A stretch of DNA of 63,854 nt, the filler included, from Klebsormidium nitens (taxonomy: Eukaryota > Plantae > Klebsormidiophyceae), in NCBI GenBank assembly GCA_000708835.1. It is 7 parts of 7 records of this genome, joined end to end, with 100 filler letters (N's around TTAATTAATTAA, not from the genome) between each part and the next. Parts side by side here need not be neighbours in the genome. Positions count along the whole stretch, not along the records: positions 1 to 8,337 come from DF238250.1; positions 8,438 to 36,162 come from DF237809.1; 5 more parts are not named here. The stretch is one strand, 5' to 3'. The position numbers and the translations under genes are program-made. Numbering within the stretch: the stretch's first letter is position 1; each line of letters starts with the position of its first letter. Below the pieces are notes generated by a model. The model was not told the origin of the DNA and did not search any database. It was given only the letters and a program-made list of their open reading frames with translations. This document shows positions 1 to 13,738 of the stretch, piece by piece.

Positions 1-3000
1 CTCCCCGAACTCCAATCTCTTAGAGAGCTATCACTCAACAGCCATCTTCAGCTTGTATTCAACTCCTCGTATGTCGTCTCTCCAGCCCGTATCTCTCTCA
101 CCCCGAGTCGATTCTGTTCAGCGCCGCTTCACATGCCCGCCACTCGATTCCTTTGGTGGGGATCTTTGTGTTCTGGGTTATTGACTCGGGTTTGGGTAGG
201 CTGGCGGTGACGGGGGAGGGGGCTGCCTGCTCGGCGCGGGCTGCATGAATGGAGTTTTTGTTGCCTGTCTGGTGCCCACGGTCGTCAAATGAAACGTGCA
301 CCTCGCGCTCATTCTTTCCTGTAACATGAAACAGAAAGTTCATTTTCACCTATTGCAGATTTTCTTCTCGCTTTCTGTCTTCCATTCATCGGTCTCAGGC
401 ATGTTTTTTTAGAGTGAAAGGCCGGAAGCAGAAGAGAAGATGGTGCGTCGGTGGAATTGAGATTCCTACACCTTCCGTTTGTCTGGTCGGAGTGCATGAG
501 TCTGGAGCTTACAGCCGAGGCTATCTAAAACAGTCCTCCACTGATGACATGGCTATCCAAAGTCCTACCGTTTAGTTTTGTAATGATCCATCGACGGACA
601 AGGAGGCAAACGTAGTAGTCATGCAGTGTCGCACACTCGGCGATCGGCACCGTGCCAAGCATAAACATCCCTTCAACAACCCAGGCTTCACTGTCTTCAG
701 GGAGCCTGTTCCGCAGGCAGCTCGGAAATAGCTTCTCGACGAGGTGCCTGAGGAACTTTGACTTCTGCCCTTTGCGCATTCTCCCGTTGGCATCAAACAG
801 CGCTTGCGCTTCCGGCACTGTTTGAGTGAGGGAGGGATCAAACGGCACGTTCTTCCGAGATGCATCGTATGCTCGTTTGTACACTAGCGAGGCCTGCTTC
901 TGTTGCGCCGCTTGCGCTGAACGAGGATTCCCCTTTTTGACTTGAGTTGGTCTAACGCTTTTAAAGCCTAACAAATGTTGCTTCTTGGCAGGGGGGAGTC
1001 TGCTAGTTGGCAACTCTTGGAGGATGGTGTGCTTTACGAAGTCGAAAAGGAGGTTGGTTCCTACAGTGCGGAAGCCTAGGAGGTCGTCTTCGGATTGGCG
1101 ACGGGCTTCCTTTCCGCTGAAAAGGTGCCACAGCTTGTCGCCCGGATGTGCATCCGAGGGAACAGGTGAGAGGGAGCTAGACCCTAAGAGTTCTACCGCC
1201 CCCTGTATGTTTGTTTCAGAGTTTTGGTGCGCCCCTAAGTCTGGTGCACGGGGGAGCCTGACTGTATTCCGACGGCCGCAGCTGACTTGGACTTTGAAGA
1301 TCTTGAGGGTCACGCTCCTAAAGTTTAGATAGTTGGTGCTAAGAGAGGCGGCAGTGGGCGGTCGATTCATAGACATTTTCAGGTCCCGGTTGATGAGCGT
1401 CTCGTGCGCTTCATCGAGCGCCAGGCTTTTGTAGGGACGTCCTTTTAGGCTGACGGTCCACAGTCCCTGCTTTAAAGCGCCGGAAATCTCGGGGGGCAGC
1501 TGCTGGAGGTGCGCGAGGTGGAGAGGTATCAGCCGCTGGTAGTGCGTCCTATCGTAGGCTCGGAACAGGGGGCCCAGCAGCTTGTAGGCCGCGACGCGCA
1601 GATCCCAGTCCTCAGTCCTAATAGCTAGCCACAGGGATATGTACGCCTTCATGTCCACCATAACAAAGCGCCACCAAAAGCCCAGGTTTTGTTTCCTTCC
1701 TGCAGCGCCTCGCCCTAGGACCGGAATTCCTCCTCCAAACCGTCCAAGTCCTTCCGCGCTGCCGCCAGCACTGCCTGAACCTGCGCGGTGAGAATCAATC
1801 GCTTATCTTTCTGGTTTTGTTCCCTGCATTTCTTTGAGTTCAGATGCTTCTAAGACAGTCCTGCACTTTTGGCTGTATTGACCTGCTGGTCGACATCAAG
1901 AACGCGATTTTGTAAGCCTTCTTTCTCTGACCTTGGCAAGAAAGCAAAGTAGTCGGACGTGACTGCTCTCGATGCTAGCAAAACAACATCTGAGGAGCTA
2001 GCCAGGGTGTTGCGTGAATAGTGTGGGCCTCGCAGGCACAGAACACAGAAATTTCGAGAGCGAAAGAATGCACATATGTGGTCAAGACTCTGTCCTACGA
2101 ATTACCTTGGGGACTGTGGCATCAGTTCGTGTCGTGGGGTTCGCTCCTCCGGTTCCCAATCTTGCTTCAACCCCCTGAACGTGGCCTCCACGGTTGCCCC
2201 TGCCCCATCAGGGGCGTACCCCTTGCCCTCCAGAAACAGCTGGATCATCTTCCGATACATGGCCTCCCAGCACTCTATCAGGAACAAGTTGTTCCTTCGA
2301 AAGTTCCGCCCATCTTTGAGGCTTGTTTGGACCGCCCCTTCTGCATACCCCATCTTTCCCGCCAGCTTGTCCAGCCCCGCATCGAAAAAGATCCTTTTGA
2401 ATATGGGCTGGGCGTTCATCAGCGTGTGCCAATCGCCGGGGAACGGGTATAACCAGGCAAAGTCTCCGGGCATGTCGTTCTTTATGTCCACCATCAGAGC
2501 CCAGGCCTGCTGGTCGCCCACCACCAGCAAGTACGGTTGCCGGATGCCAATCTCCATGGCGCTCTTAACTCGGCACAAACACTCCGTCAACTCCTCTTTG
2601 TTGCTAACCTTCAAGTCGTACGTGGCTACGTACACAATCTTCGACTGCTCCGGGAGTGTTGGCTGATCAGTTGCTGACGCCATCTCGTCCCTTAAGCTGG
2701 GCCTCTTTACCCCTTTCTCTGTAGTTCTCTCGCGGCGGAGGACGTTCCTGAACAGTCGCTTGTCGAAGCTACTGCTGCTTGCAGCCTCGTCAGCTGTCAG
2801 GTTTAGAGTTTCTGACGCCGTCTTGTTCCCATGCAGGTCGGCAAAGGGACCGTGGTAGTGGGTTCCAGCGCCATCGAGGACGGCGCTTTTGACACCCCCG
2901 GACGGCTCCGCCTGAGCGGCTGCTTCACTCCCCTCGGCGCCCTCCTCCCCGTTCCCACTCTCCCCCGTTGCTGCTGACCCCGTCGCTGGCGGCGCGCCAC

Positions 3001-4140
3001 GGCCGACCCTCTCGGTGAGACTCCTAGATCTCCGGTTCTGTCGCCCAATATTGCTTTGCGGCTCCGTAGAAGGTGGCGGAATCCTTGCCGCCGCCGCGCG
3101 TCGTCTGATTGACGCTTTGCAGTGCAATTGAACCGTGACCCCGTGGAAGTCGACGGCCTCTTTGCCGTCGTGCTTCACTCCTCCCGCAACCTTGTCGACG
3201 TTGTCCACGCTCACGACCACGTGGGAGAGCTCGACCCGAGAGGGAGCTGCTTGAAAGGCCCCTCTGCCTCTTTGCGCGTGCCCACCTCGTAGATGTACCG
3301 GTCGAGGGTGGATTTGCTGGTCGTAACGCCGAGGTGGTTTAGGACAGCGATCAGTGAGGGGGAGCTGCTCATGCTCTCTACGACGTCGGTGAGGGCTAGC
3401 TGGAAGGGGTGTTTTGCCTGCGGGTTAGTTGCGTATATGAGGACGCAAAGCGCAAAGAAAGTCCGAAGCTTAAATAGCTTTCCTTCATGCGAGTCGCTTC
3501 CTTGCAGGAGCAGCTTGGATTGGCCGGAACAGCTCCCGACCGACGGCACCGCTCCAGAGCCCCCCCGCCCGTTCGCCGCTTCGTTCCAGGTAAGGCGCTC
3601 TAGCACGTCGAGGAGCTTTGGGTCGAACTTTTGCATCTCCTCGTGCACGTCGAGTTTGCTGATGTCGAACCCTGGCTGCCCCTCGCCCCCATTGTACGCA
3701 GGACCACGGAGCCGTTTTACCTCCTCGCGCACTAGCTTGTTCAGCTCGACGGCCAGCGTTGCCATGTCCGGCGCTTTTGAAGCGTCCAACTGCTCCCGCA
3801 ATCCGTGAAGCTCCTTCATCAACCGATGGATCTCTCGATCGTGAAAGTGCCAATCTTTGTGCAGCAGCTCCACCGCATCCTGAGTTTTAGGCCACAGGAT
3901 AGTTCCAAATGGCCCCATGGCCGTGTGCCACTTGACGTGGTCGCTCATTCTTTCTTTGACAACGTGCAGGACGTCGTCCGCTCTTGCCGCCCCGTCCAAA
4001 CCGTCCGCAATCTTGCTCGTGGTCGTCAGCTTGCGTCTCCCAAGGACCGCGCTGTTGACCTTGGTGATGATCTCAGCGACAACCGCTTCTGCAGACAAGT
4101 GGGTGAGGTCAGTGCTTGCTTGTCTGCTGTCTTTCCACAA
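1..4140 (-). mobile_element. Academ-type (AcademX-like) DNA transposon, decayed, runs off the left window edge
   Basis: ORF pieces 3211-4140, 2102-3220, 525-1790 and 98-349 carry, in order, LIAVLNHLGVTTS, VDNVD...FHGVT, VVGDQQAW, GDWHTLMN...AGL, WAFWWRF...DWDLRV...YDRTHYQR, DEAHETLINRDLK, then LFDANGRMRKGQKS, WVVEGMFML and VHVSFDD...SIHAAR. This matches my recollection of an Academ transposase followed by an XPG/PIN-like domain. TIRs not located. Confidence 0.65.
98..4140 (-). pseudogene. Academ-like transposase plus XPG/PIN-like nuclease, with frameshifts and an in-frame stop
   Basis: Frame change at ~3215. Probable intron at ~1786-2103 (AG|GTAATT donor, CGCAG acceptor; phases do not match without a further indel). 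In-frame TAG at ~1720 (FRS*GEAL). Frame break between 525 and 349. Confidence 0.6.
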
Positions 4141-5384
4141 GTTGATGATGACGTGGCATGGGAAGTACTGTTTCTGAGACTTTCATATCTCTGCAGCAAC
4201 TTGAGCCTAATTCTGAAAGCACTTTTTGAGGATTGCTAACCTGGAAGCCTTCCCCGTTCGTCGCGGTAATACAGTAGTAGAGCCGGAAAAAGGATGTTGT
4301 CTTCCCGTTTGCGGTGCTGCAATTTGGAAATCAGGTTTACTTGGACTTGTGCTCAGTCAAGTGGCAGAGCTTATGTCTCATGAGCTAATGTGAGACGCTA
4401 GACCAGTCGTCGACCCAATTTACGGCTGGAGTCAGGCAAAAGTGGACGTTTTGAAGCATGTTGGCCTTATTCTGTGAGGGCAGGGGGGAGCGCTGATCAT
4501 GCCCCAACTTCGGCCAGTCCACAAGGAAGTAGTCTTGCATAAAGATCGTTGTAGCGAGTCAAGACCGTTACTACGTCCTTACGTTGTGCTCAGTCCCCAT
4601 TCTAAGGCACTTGTCCTGGTCCTTGAATATCATCCGTCAGGCTTTCACGACCTTTATTAAACCCGTGCAGATCGATGGGCCCGTACCTGCGTCCTGGTTG
4701 GCGGTGCGCCTCTCCGTCCCCATGGCAGCAGGCGGAATGGCAGCAGAGAAGGTGAGACCGACTGCCGTGGAAGGCCTTCTTTCTTCAATGTTTCCATTCG
4801 CCGGTGTGAATGGAGAGGTTTGAGAGGTCGATGCCCATGCCAGTCGGATGCTTGCGTCAGGTTCGAGGCATGTTTAGCACCAACAACGGAAAACGAAGAC
4901 CGTGTTTCACACTTGCCTCCCAATTTGGGTTACGAGGGCGTGGAAATTTGTGCCAGAACTTTTGTCATGTTGGAACTAACTACAACGCTGGGCTATGCTA
5001 AATTTCAAATGAGCACTTCGACCAGTAGGCACGTTATCCAAAGACCGTGCCGCTCACCTCCGCCATTGAGAATCTCCGGTGCGAGTCGCGCATCGCTGAC
5101 AGGGGCCTGCTGTTCTTGCACGTTCTGTCGACGGGGTGCTGCACATACAAGGAGTGCTAGCGAGTTGAACTTCTCATCAACCCTCCTTTGCTTAAAAGGA
5201 CCAGGGGGACATTAATTCCGTGTCAGTCTTTGAGTCGGACACTATTGCGGATCTGGAAGAGTTCCGAGGAGCTAGCAGAATTGTCCAAGCGTGCTGTGGC
5301 GGTGTTCAAGAAGTCTTTGCCCCTAATTGACGCCAAATTCTGGACTGAATGCTAGCGAGTGGAACCTTCTCTGATCGAAAGTTT

Positions 5385-6831
5385 CTATTGAAAAGTACAA
5401 TTGACTGTGATGCTAGAAATCTTTGCAAGTTTTGGAAGTCGACATGGCATTGTGGTTAGATATGTGTAGCTTTCCGTTTTACCTGTCTGGCCTTGAACCC
5501 CCTGCGCCTCCCTAGCAGTACTGCCGCTTGTTTGTGGTTGACCTTGAACATCTTCTGTAGACAAATGAGTCACCTCTTGTTTAAACGTTTTTGAGTTGCT
5601 CATCTTGTGTCTCTCTTTTTGCAGATACTGCATTCCGAAACACAAGATACGTGGTGCGGGTTGCTGCCGTTGGGTCACGGTTGATGTCTGACGTGTCCTG
5701 CACGACTTCATTTGCATATTGTCAAGGTACGTGCTCCAGATCCTCGCATTCCTTTCAGTTAAGAGAAGGAGCAAGCATACGGTTCTCACCAGGCCCCTTG
5801 GACAAGGCGACAACGTCGTGGAAGCTTCGTTTCCAGGTTCTAACTCCAACCAGTCCGTCGTTGTTTTGAGATCGCGGATCAGTCCTGACTGTTGTCAGCA
5901 TGGGGGGCGCTCGCTCCGGTGTCCGGGCCACCGCCTCAAATGCGGCCTGGATTTTGTTAGCAAGGCGCGGGAGCCGTGCGGTGTGTTGGCGCTGCGCGGT
6001 GCAGTGGACAGCATGTCAGAAAAAAACTCACTCCTGGAGCAGTATTGGGATCCTTCTCAACTAAATCTCCTTTGGCAGTACCGCGATACTTTCAAACCTA
6101 TTCTGCTTGGCATTGTTGCAGACGCATTGCAGCCATACGTCTAGGATCAGGAGTGCCCTTCTTTACGTCGCTGGCTTTGCCACGGTACAAATCTTTTCAT
6201 TGGCAATCAGCACCTATCGAATCAGCTCATAGGCCAGCATACGACCACACTTCCAATCTGCTTATGAAGACTGCAAACATGCCTTTTTCTCCCGGTTTGT
6301 CCTCAGCTCCGTAAAGGACATTGGCCGCCCAGTTCCACTGATTCGCTGTCCTCTTTCCGATGTTTCTCCTGGAGGTGTTGTGGCCTGACGCTTCTCTCTG
6401 CGACTCTGTACAGGTGTCCAGCCATGTTCCAGGTCCTCCTCGTCAGAGTCGTAGCTGCCGAAGTGTGGTCTCGACGCTTGTGCTACAACCGCGGCATGGG
6501 GGGTGGTCTTAGGTGGAGTTTGCTGAGCCTCCAGCTGACTGGTAGGTCGCCTAGGCGTGCCATACTCCTCGACCTGCTCGACTGATGTGTCATACTGCAA
6601 TTCGTCCGCAAGAATGCCTGTACCCACGTTCAAAACGGTGTCCAGAATGTGCTTAAGTCCTTCGTCAAGGCAGTAAAGCTTTTGGTAAATATGAAGGTCA
6701 GGATCAGATCGCAACATCCCGTAGTAATCTTTTGCCGCATCTACCAGGAGGCGGATTTGCTGCCGTCGGAAGGTTCGATCTGCTTGCTTTTTGGTTTCCA
6801 AGCCTTTGGAATTTTTGGTCTTTGGCCCCAT
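5385..6831 (-). pseudogene. Degenerate ORF resembling non-LTR retrotransposon ORF1
   Basis: 189-aa ORF with WTPVQSRR, followed in shifted frames by AANVLYGAEDKPGE, YLVFRN and GFKARQVKRKATHI fragments, similar to LINE ORF1 RRM regions. Many stops, and no ORF2 recognised. Confidence 0.3.
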
Positions 6832-8609
6832 CTTTATATGAAGTGGCTCAAGTGGCAGTCACACCTCAAAGTTTCATCCCATTTATAGAGACATCTCCTT
6901 TTGCAGAAAATGACGGGCCTGGCGCAGGCAATGCGGCACCTTGTTGTTGCACCCAGCTAATCCTTCGACGTTGCGTCCATGTAAGCATCCAAGTCAAAAT
7001 GACAGACTTTTGTTTTGCACATCGCTTCGATTCCAGACAATCCCAGAGCACTTGGTTTGGAGGACGCACTGCAACAACCCTAATGTAGTGAATCCGAGTA
7101 AGACCGGGTGCTTAGCTTAGTGAGCAATCATGTTGAACTATATGGTTAGGGATCTCACGAATCTCAATTATGCCTCATGCCAGGTACCTCAAGTTCGAAA
7201 TACTCATGCAATCGGCTCATGAGCGTGGTCGGCCGGCCCATGCATGTGCATATTTGTAGTCTTTTTAGCAGTTCAGACCGTTCATGACTGTCAGTGAGAC
7301 CACTGTAGACTGTGCATCAATTTATGCGCAAGCATGCAGCTCTAGGCCTACTACCTATACATATATATGGCATGTCTCATCTCATGAGATCGCGGCTCCG
7401 GTGAGCGGGGCCTATGCTATAGGCATATCACCATTCGACAGGACCTATAAAATAATACATTGAGAATTTCCATGTAGTCGGGTATACTGTACCAGGCACC
7501 ACTGAGACCGTACGGGCCCGGATTAAGTTTTTTAATTCAAACTCGACGCGTCAATCAGGCGCTGAGTGGGTTGAGGTTGTTAGGCTTGACATGCGGCCCG
7601 TGCCAACTGTGAATGCAAACTTGAAATACCGGCAGTGATGTAGGGAGTCTACTGTATCATGAATAGCTATCATTTAAGGGGAACTCCGGGAAGTCCATAC
7701 TCTGTAGTCCGGAGTCGAGAGTTCTGAGTGCCGCCGTACACTGCAATTAACAACCGCCGGACGCGCGCGTGTTTTACAATCTGCGGCTGCGCTTGTGCCC
7801 GAAAAATCCGACGGTGCCGAACTTCTGAATCCCAATTTGGCTGAGGTTCCGAAACGCAGCAACCCAAATGAAGTTCGGACTAAAATTTGGGCCACTCAGA
7901 GAGCGCCATGTCAGCCCCCCCGGAAGTCGCAAGAGTGGAGGTAGCAGGCCGGTGCCTAACCGCGGTCGAAGGCCCATCCCAGAAGTGGTACGTACCACAT
8001 TGTGTTGTCTGGTATCAACCGGGCACTCAGTGAGGCACAAGAGGACCGTATGCAGCCTTTCCTTCCTTAAGTGAGGAGGTTGTGGCATACGAAGGATATA
8101 TTCTCCGTTATGGTCTTATTACACACAAATTCCCAACTTGATTACCCAAGAGAAAAAGCCCTACTACTAATCTATTATCTTTTTCTTCCGAAAAAGTCTA
8201 TGTATGGAACTTTTTGGGTATGGCCTTACTTCGTACATATTCCCCTATAAACCCCCAAAGGGAAGACTTCCTACTGCGTATCTGTTATACTTTTCTTCTG
8301 TAAAACCAGAGGAAGAAAAATATCACAAATTTGTGCTNNNNNNNNNNNNNNNNNNNNNNNNNNNNNNNNNNNNNNNNNNNNTTAATTAATTAANNNNNNN
8401 NNNNNNNNNNNNNNNNNNNNNNNNNNNNNNNNNNNNNTTCGATCATGCAGATTGATGGCCCAGGGCCAATGCAACTTACAGAAAACCCTATGGTCGCGAT
8501 GGGTGAAAACCCTATATAGCTAATGGCGGAAAGCTCTAGTAACTAGCATGAGGCATTACTGGCACGTGTAGCCGAGCCGTCACAGCAACGAGCCCATACA
8601 GCGTGACAC

Positions 8610-9724
8610 ATGGCCGATGCTAGTGACCGTGTTCCGGGTTTTGGAGTTAGAGTCGACCCAGATGTTGGCGGAGGTCAGGAGGATTCGGAAGGTTCTAAGG
8701 AAAGCGGGTCTTCGGATGAGTCCATGCTTTCTCCCGTCAAGGCGGCGGAGACTATTAGGGCCTTCTTAAGAGGATCGATGTTCTTGAGACGCATGCGACG
8801 ATCTCAGTCTCGGCTGTCGACAAGATGAACATTGCGGGTTCAAGTCGCTATAAGGCAAGGTTTGAGTTTGCTAAGCCTCCTAAGTTCTCGGGTGCTAAGA
8901 CTCAAGATATCCGGGAGTGGCTTCAGATTATGGAGTCTTATTGCGTCGGAACCGGGGTGGTTGGTGATACTCTTCGCTTGAACCTCACAGTTTCCTATTC
9001 GGACAGGAACGCTTGTACTTAGTGTACTTATTGGTCGGCACGCGAGTCCGCGTTGCGTCTTGAGAGAGATCTTGCCGGGGAGCCTAAGATTCCGACTCTT
9101 AAATTCTCTGGGGACTCTATGATCACGGGGTTTGGGACTATTGACCCGATTCAGTCGGCTTGGGACCGTTTGGTCAAGCTTCGTCAGGGGAGTCTCTCAG
9201 TTGAAGAAAATGCTCGTCAGTTTGACTCCCTTTGCGCGGAGCTTGGGTTAGAGGGGCCTAGCGAGAACGATAAGATCGTCCGATTCAAGAGCGGCCTTCA
9301 CCCCAAAATGCAAACCCGGGTGGTAGCCCAACACGACGGCAAACGTTGGACTAACTACCGCGATCTTGTGGCCTATGCTTCGATGGTGTGGAGCCACGTG
9401 GGGCCTACTTTGGACGCCGCGGGACCGGGCGTCGTGGCGAAAGCTGTCGGAGGTCCAAGTCCCACCTTCCGCCGCGACAAGCGCAAACACGACAACCCCA
9501 ATGCCCCCTGTCAGCAAGGGCCTAAGGGAGCGGGCGGCCAAGGGCTCTCCAAGAAGCACCGTCAAGCGGTCAAGCATAACGGGCTTCCCAAGGCTAAGCG
9601 GGTGCTTCCGGACGCGTATCGTCAAAAGCTCCTCAAGGAAGGCAAGTGCTTGAACTGTGAAGAGAAGGATCACTTTGCTAGGGAGTGCCCTAACCCGCCT
9701 AAGGAGGTTCCTCAGGGTTTTTAG
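8610..9724 (+). pseudogene. gag: Ty3/Gypsy gag (element A), fragmented
   Basis: KPPKFSG..DIREWL capsid motif, DPIQSAWDRLVKLRQGSLSVEE...RFKSGL Retrotrans_gag motif, and CLNCEEKDHFAREC zinc knuckle. Split across ORFs 8610-8828, 8825-9022 and 9053-9724. Confidence 0.85.
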
Positions 9725-10545
9725 ATCCGCAGGCTAGTGAGAGTGGGCCTAGTGCTGCGGTAGCGATCCAGTCGTCTCATAGGCTAGATCTAGGAGAACA
9801 AACATTCGCGGACTTGGATCTAGCCTTCTTGACAAGAAGTTTTTCTCCGGAGTTGTTCGTTCATCCTCTAGCCTTGCGACCGATTGGAATCCCACATATG
9901 CCGAATCCTTTAAGAATGGTATGCATTGGTTCAACTTTGCAAAGGCAAGTGGATTGCAACGCGCTATCTCAAACTTTTCCGACATACGCTTGAAGACCGA
10001 AGGGAGTCTCTCGGCTTGTGTGTTGGTAGCAGATTGTTGGCTGAAGTCTATTCGCCCTCTCTTGGTGGGTTGGCGGAGAGTCTTGTCTTTACCGGTTGGG
10101 TCTCAAGTTCGTTATGTCTCGGATCGAGTCGGAGTCGACTGACATTCAAACGGCCCGAAGTAAGACTCGGCTTTGGGTGTACTAATGTCCGCCCAAGACT
10201 CAGTTGATCGGCTTGAAGCTCCGGGTGTTAGAGTCGACCAAGATGCCGGCGGAGGTCAAGAATTGGGTAAGGGGTGCTTCCCATGCGACCGTTTCCGCTA
10301 AAAATTCACGGAGCCTTCCCGGAAGCATGTGGGACCTCGTGGTACCTAGTGTAGCGGATTTGTCATCACATGCGGTTCCAGGTACCGTTCCGTTAATCGG
10401 CGCCGGCCGGCATCGCGGCAGCCGGCCGACTGAGTCAGGCTTGTAGGCTGCGCGGCACACCAGCCGACGGAGGTACACACAAGGCTGCGCAGCCAACAGA
10501 CAGTTTGTTGCAAAGAGGGCATGTACGATCAGGGCGCCACGAATC

Positions 10546-12567
10546 ATGGACCCGTCAGGTATCATAACACTGGCGGTCACTACTGCAGGCGTTCTGCTGG
10601 CACTAGCAGCTATCCATGGCACTGTCATGTGCTCTATGCCAGACATTCTAGCGGGCCGCGTTGCTTGCACATCAGATGACCCCCTCTACTACCCAGATGA
10701 CGAAGACGACAATCTCAGCATACTTCTAGTCCTCAACGCACAGATGGAGGATGCTGCAGCAGCAGCGGCTGCTCTCTGCGCTGAGGGGCTCCTTACAAGC
10801 GTCCACCTCTTTGGCATGAACGTTGGACAATGGTACATAAAGCCACGTTCGATGACGTGGTTTGAGAATTTTGTACAGAATGTGTACGACGATGAGCGAT
10901 GGAAGAGGCTTTTCCGCATCAATAGACAGACCTTCTTATACCTGGAAGAATCATTAGGTGAACGCCTCCAACAAGCCCCTCCAGCTAGTTTGGCTAGAAG
11001 TATCCCCACTAGATTATTGTCTGTCAAGAAGCAACTTGTGGTGGCCCTCTACAAGCTTGGCCATGGTGTGTCCAATTTTGGGGTTGGCGAACTGTTTGGA
11101 ATTGGTGAGAGTACTGTAAGCAAAGTATTCTGGAGAGTCTCTCAGGCGATTGTTGCAATTGAAGCTCCTCTGCGGATCAGATGGCCCCAAGAAGGGGAAG
11201 AACGCGCAGCTGCTATCGCTCAAATGCAGGCTGTTCATGGCATTCCAAACTGCGTGGGAGCGATTGACTGCACCCACATCAATCATGATGCGCCGGCAGG
11301 GTACCTGACAACAGATTACTTTGATCGAGATCACAACTACAGTACTGTGGTACAGCTGGTAGGAGATGTGAGTATCTCAACAAGCCCCTGACTGCTCCAT
11401 TCTGGTTCTTATGAGTGCTTTAAGGTATGTTGCGAGCTGCCAACCATGCTGGAGTTGTTTCAAAGAGCAAGCAAAGGTGTTTGTTGACGAGAACCTTTTG
11501 CACCGGTGTACGTATGTGGTTGGCTAGACCATGTAGCTTCTTGCATCCGGTGATCTATTAAAATGCAGTTGATGCGCAAGAGGTGGCTGCTTGTGCTCAA
11601 GAGGTCGCTGCACTGTACAGATATGACCTTCTGGTGCTTCGGATTTGCCAACTCATCAACTTTGTGAAAAGTGCTTTCGTGGGAGCAGTCATTGCATGTC
11701 TGGCTAAGCCTTCAAGCTACTTTACTAGACTTACAAACGGTGATTGCTTTGAAGCTGGTTGTTCTTGAACTGCCATCTGTGTGTCTCAATTGTTAGAGAA
11801 TGTCTGAATATACGTGTTGATGGAATCGAGTTGCGCTTTGTCTCATGCATCTATGGTACTCCTTCGGGATTATCCTTGCCAAACGCTTTAAGACAATGCA
11901 GTTGGTTGAACTCCTGAAATCCTTAGAGTACAAATGGACCTGCGTAAGCTGTGGTGCGCGTTTCTTTTCAAGGACAGTATTTCATCTCTTCCTGTGTTTT
12001 GCTTTCATGCAGCAACAACACCGCATCCTGAATGTGAACGTGGGTTATCCCGGATCTGTCCACGATTCTCGCGTCCTTTTCAACTCGGAGCTCACCACCA
12101 ATACGGAGGCTTTTCTCAGAGGTCCTTCCGTCAACGTCAATGGGATTGAGGTACCTCAAATGCTCGTAGCGGATGCCGGCTACTCATTGCAGCCCTGGCT
12201 TATAACCCCGTTCCCGGGTCAGAATCTGAATCCCACTCAAGCTGGATTCAACTTTAAGCACTCCAGTACGCGCATGTGCATCGAACAAATCAACGGAGAG
12301 TTGAAAGGGGTTCAACGTTATCTGCTCACACGGATTCAAAAGCCCAATATGAAACGACTGCCTATTTATGTTGTAGCTTGTTGCACGCTGCACAATCTCA
12401 GGATAGACATGGGCGACGGTATGGAACGTGCAGCTAGAGCACCAGATCCAGACGCAGGGCAAGCAGTACTAGGTGGTTCTGAAAGAGCTGCGACAGGCGC
12501 TAGGAACATCGAACGGGCCATAGACATCAAAGATGCCATTGCCGAGTATTTAAGCGAGAGAGTCTAA
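10546..12567 (+). CDS. Harbinger DDE transposase (HARBI1/DDE_Tnp_4 type); exons 10546-11367 and 12013-12567
   Basis: WKRLFRINRQTFLYL, KQLVVALYKLGHG helix-turn-helix, CVGAIDCTHI, splice junction giving VGD|QQHRILNVNVGYPGSVHDSRV, LVADAGY, FNFKHSSTRMCIEQINGELKG and CCTLHN. GT-AG intron 11368-12012 in phase 0. Confidence 0.9.
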
Positions 12568-13738
12568 TTCCGTGATTATACGATCCAAGTTCTTGAAAGC
12601 ATCAAATGCATGGGTCATTTGACGGGAATGTTGCCAATACGACAAGGTTGTATATCTGGAATATTTCAGTCTGCATGGGTTCGCGGTTATGCAACTAGGT
12701 GGTAGCAGTGTAACCTATGCAAGTGGGCATGGATATGATTCATAATATTGCTACGAGTATACAATCTGGTATGTAGAAAAACAATGGCATTGAAAAAGAT
12801 AATGGCATTGATGAATCATGTTTCAGTGGTTTCACCATGAGCGAGCTATGGTATATTGTCGATTGGGTTGTGCCTGGCGGCGTCTCTTGGCTTGCGCTCA
12901 AGAGAAGATGGTTCAATTCCAGCAACAGCTGGGGTTGCAGGATTGCTTGGTGGGCTCGGGGTTTGGACAACTGTCAGATGGGCCCGACGTCGTATGTTTG
13001 TCTCGCCCATGCAAATGCATGGGGCTTGAGGGTTCGTCAGTATGATGAACCGGCCGGGCATCGGAAGTGGAGGAACGGATGGTGGGCGGTTCAAAGGGAG
13101 AGGTACGGTGGATATCGAGGGGTTTTCTTGCCCCTTCTTATTGCTCAATGTTATGCTCCAATGAGGGCCGGGAAGTTCTTCGGGTACCACGTAATTTCTC
13201 TCCATGCATTCGAACATACATGTGTATACATGAGCTTGATTGACTTGCCAGTGCACGACCATTCAATAGATGCACGAGCAATAACGCCTATTTGCACCTA
13301 CACGCAAGTCCATAGATAGCTAGGCGCACTTGAACGATCAGTCAACTAAGTAGTGTACGTAAAGAGCGGTTTGGATGTATGTATTGCAAGTCATCACTTG
13401 TTTTTTTCGTGATAAACCGCGCGCATACAGTGTGCTTATGAATGCACCACTGAAAAGCCGGATTGCAAGTTCTACTAGTCAACAAAAGATTCGCATGCAT
13501 ACAAGACGCCATTAAATCCATTGCCCTATAGTGCAGGTGCATGTTTTGCTGCTTGCATCTTTCATCGGGATCATAGATTATTATCCAGCTGACAATGATC
13601 TCAGTAGTGGTTATCTTAGCCAATGATAATTTGTCTCAAAACCATGAGTTAATAGTTGCTGATAGGGTCCAGAGGAGAATGCAGGAAATAATATCGAATA
13701 AAATCATCATTATTACTCTACCTCCACTTCTGGACTAC

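Noticed and set aside
7674-8100. TAA-GGGGAACTCC as a second Harbinger terminus
   Set aside because: No matching inverted end found in the readable sequence; it may lie in the gap.
8338-8437. TTAATTAATTAA palindrome inside N runs (also at ~36207, 40735, 42927, 52379, 58470)
   Set aside because: Identical string always flanked by Ns: an assembly gap linker with stops in all frames, not biology.
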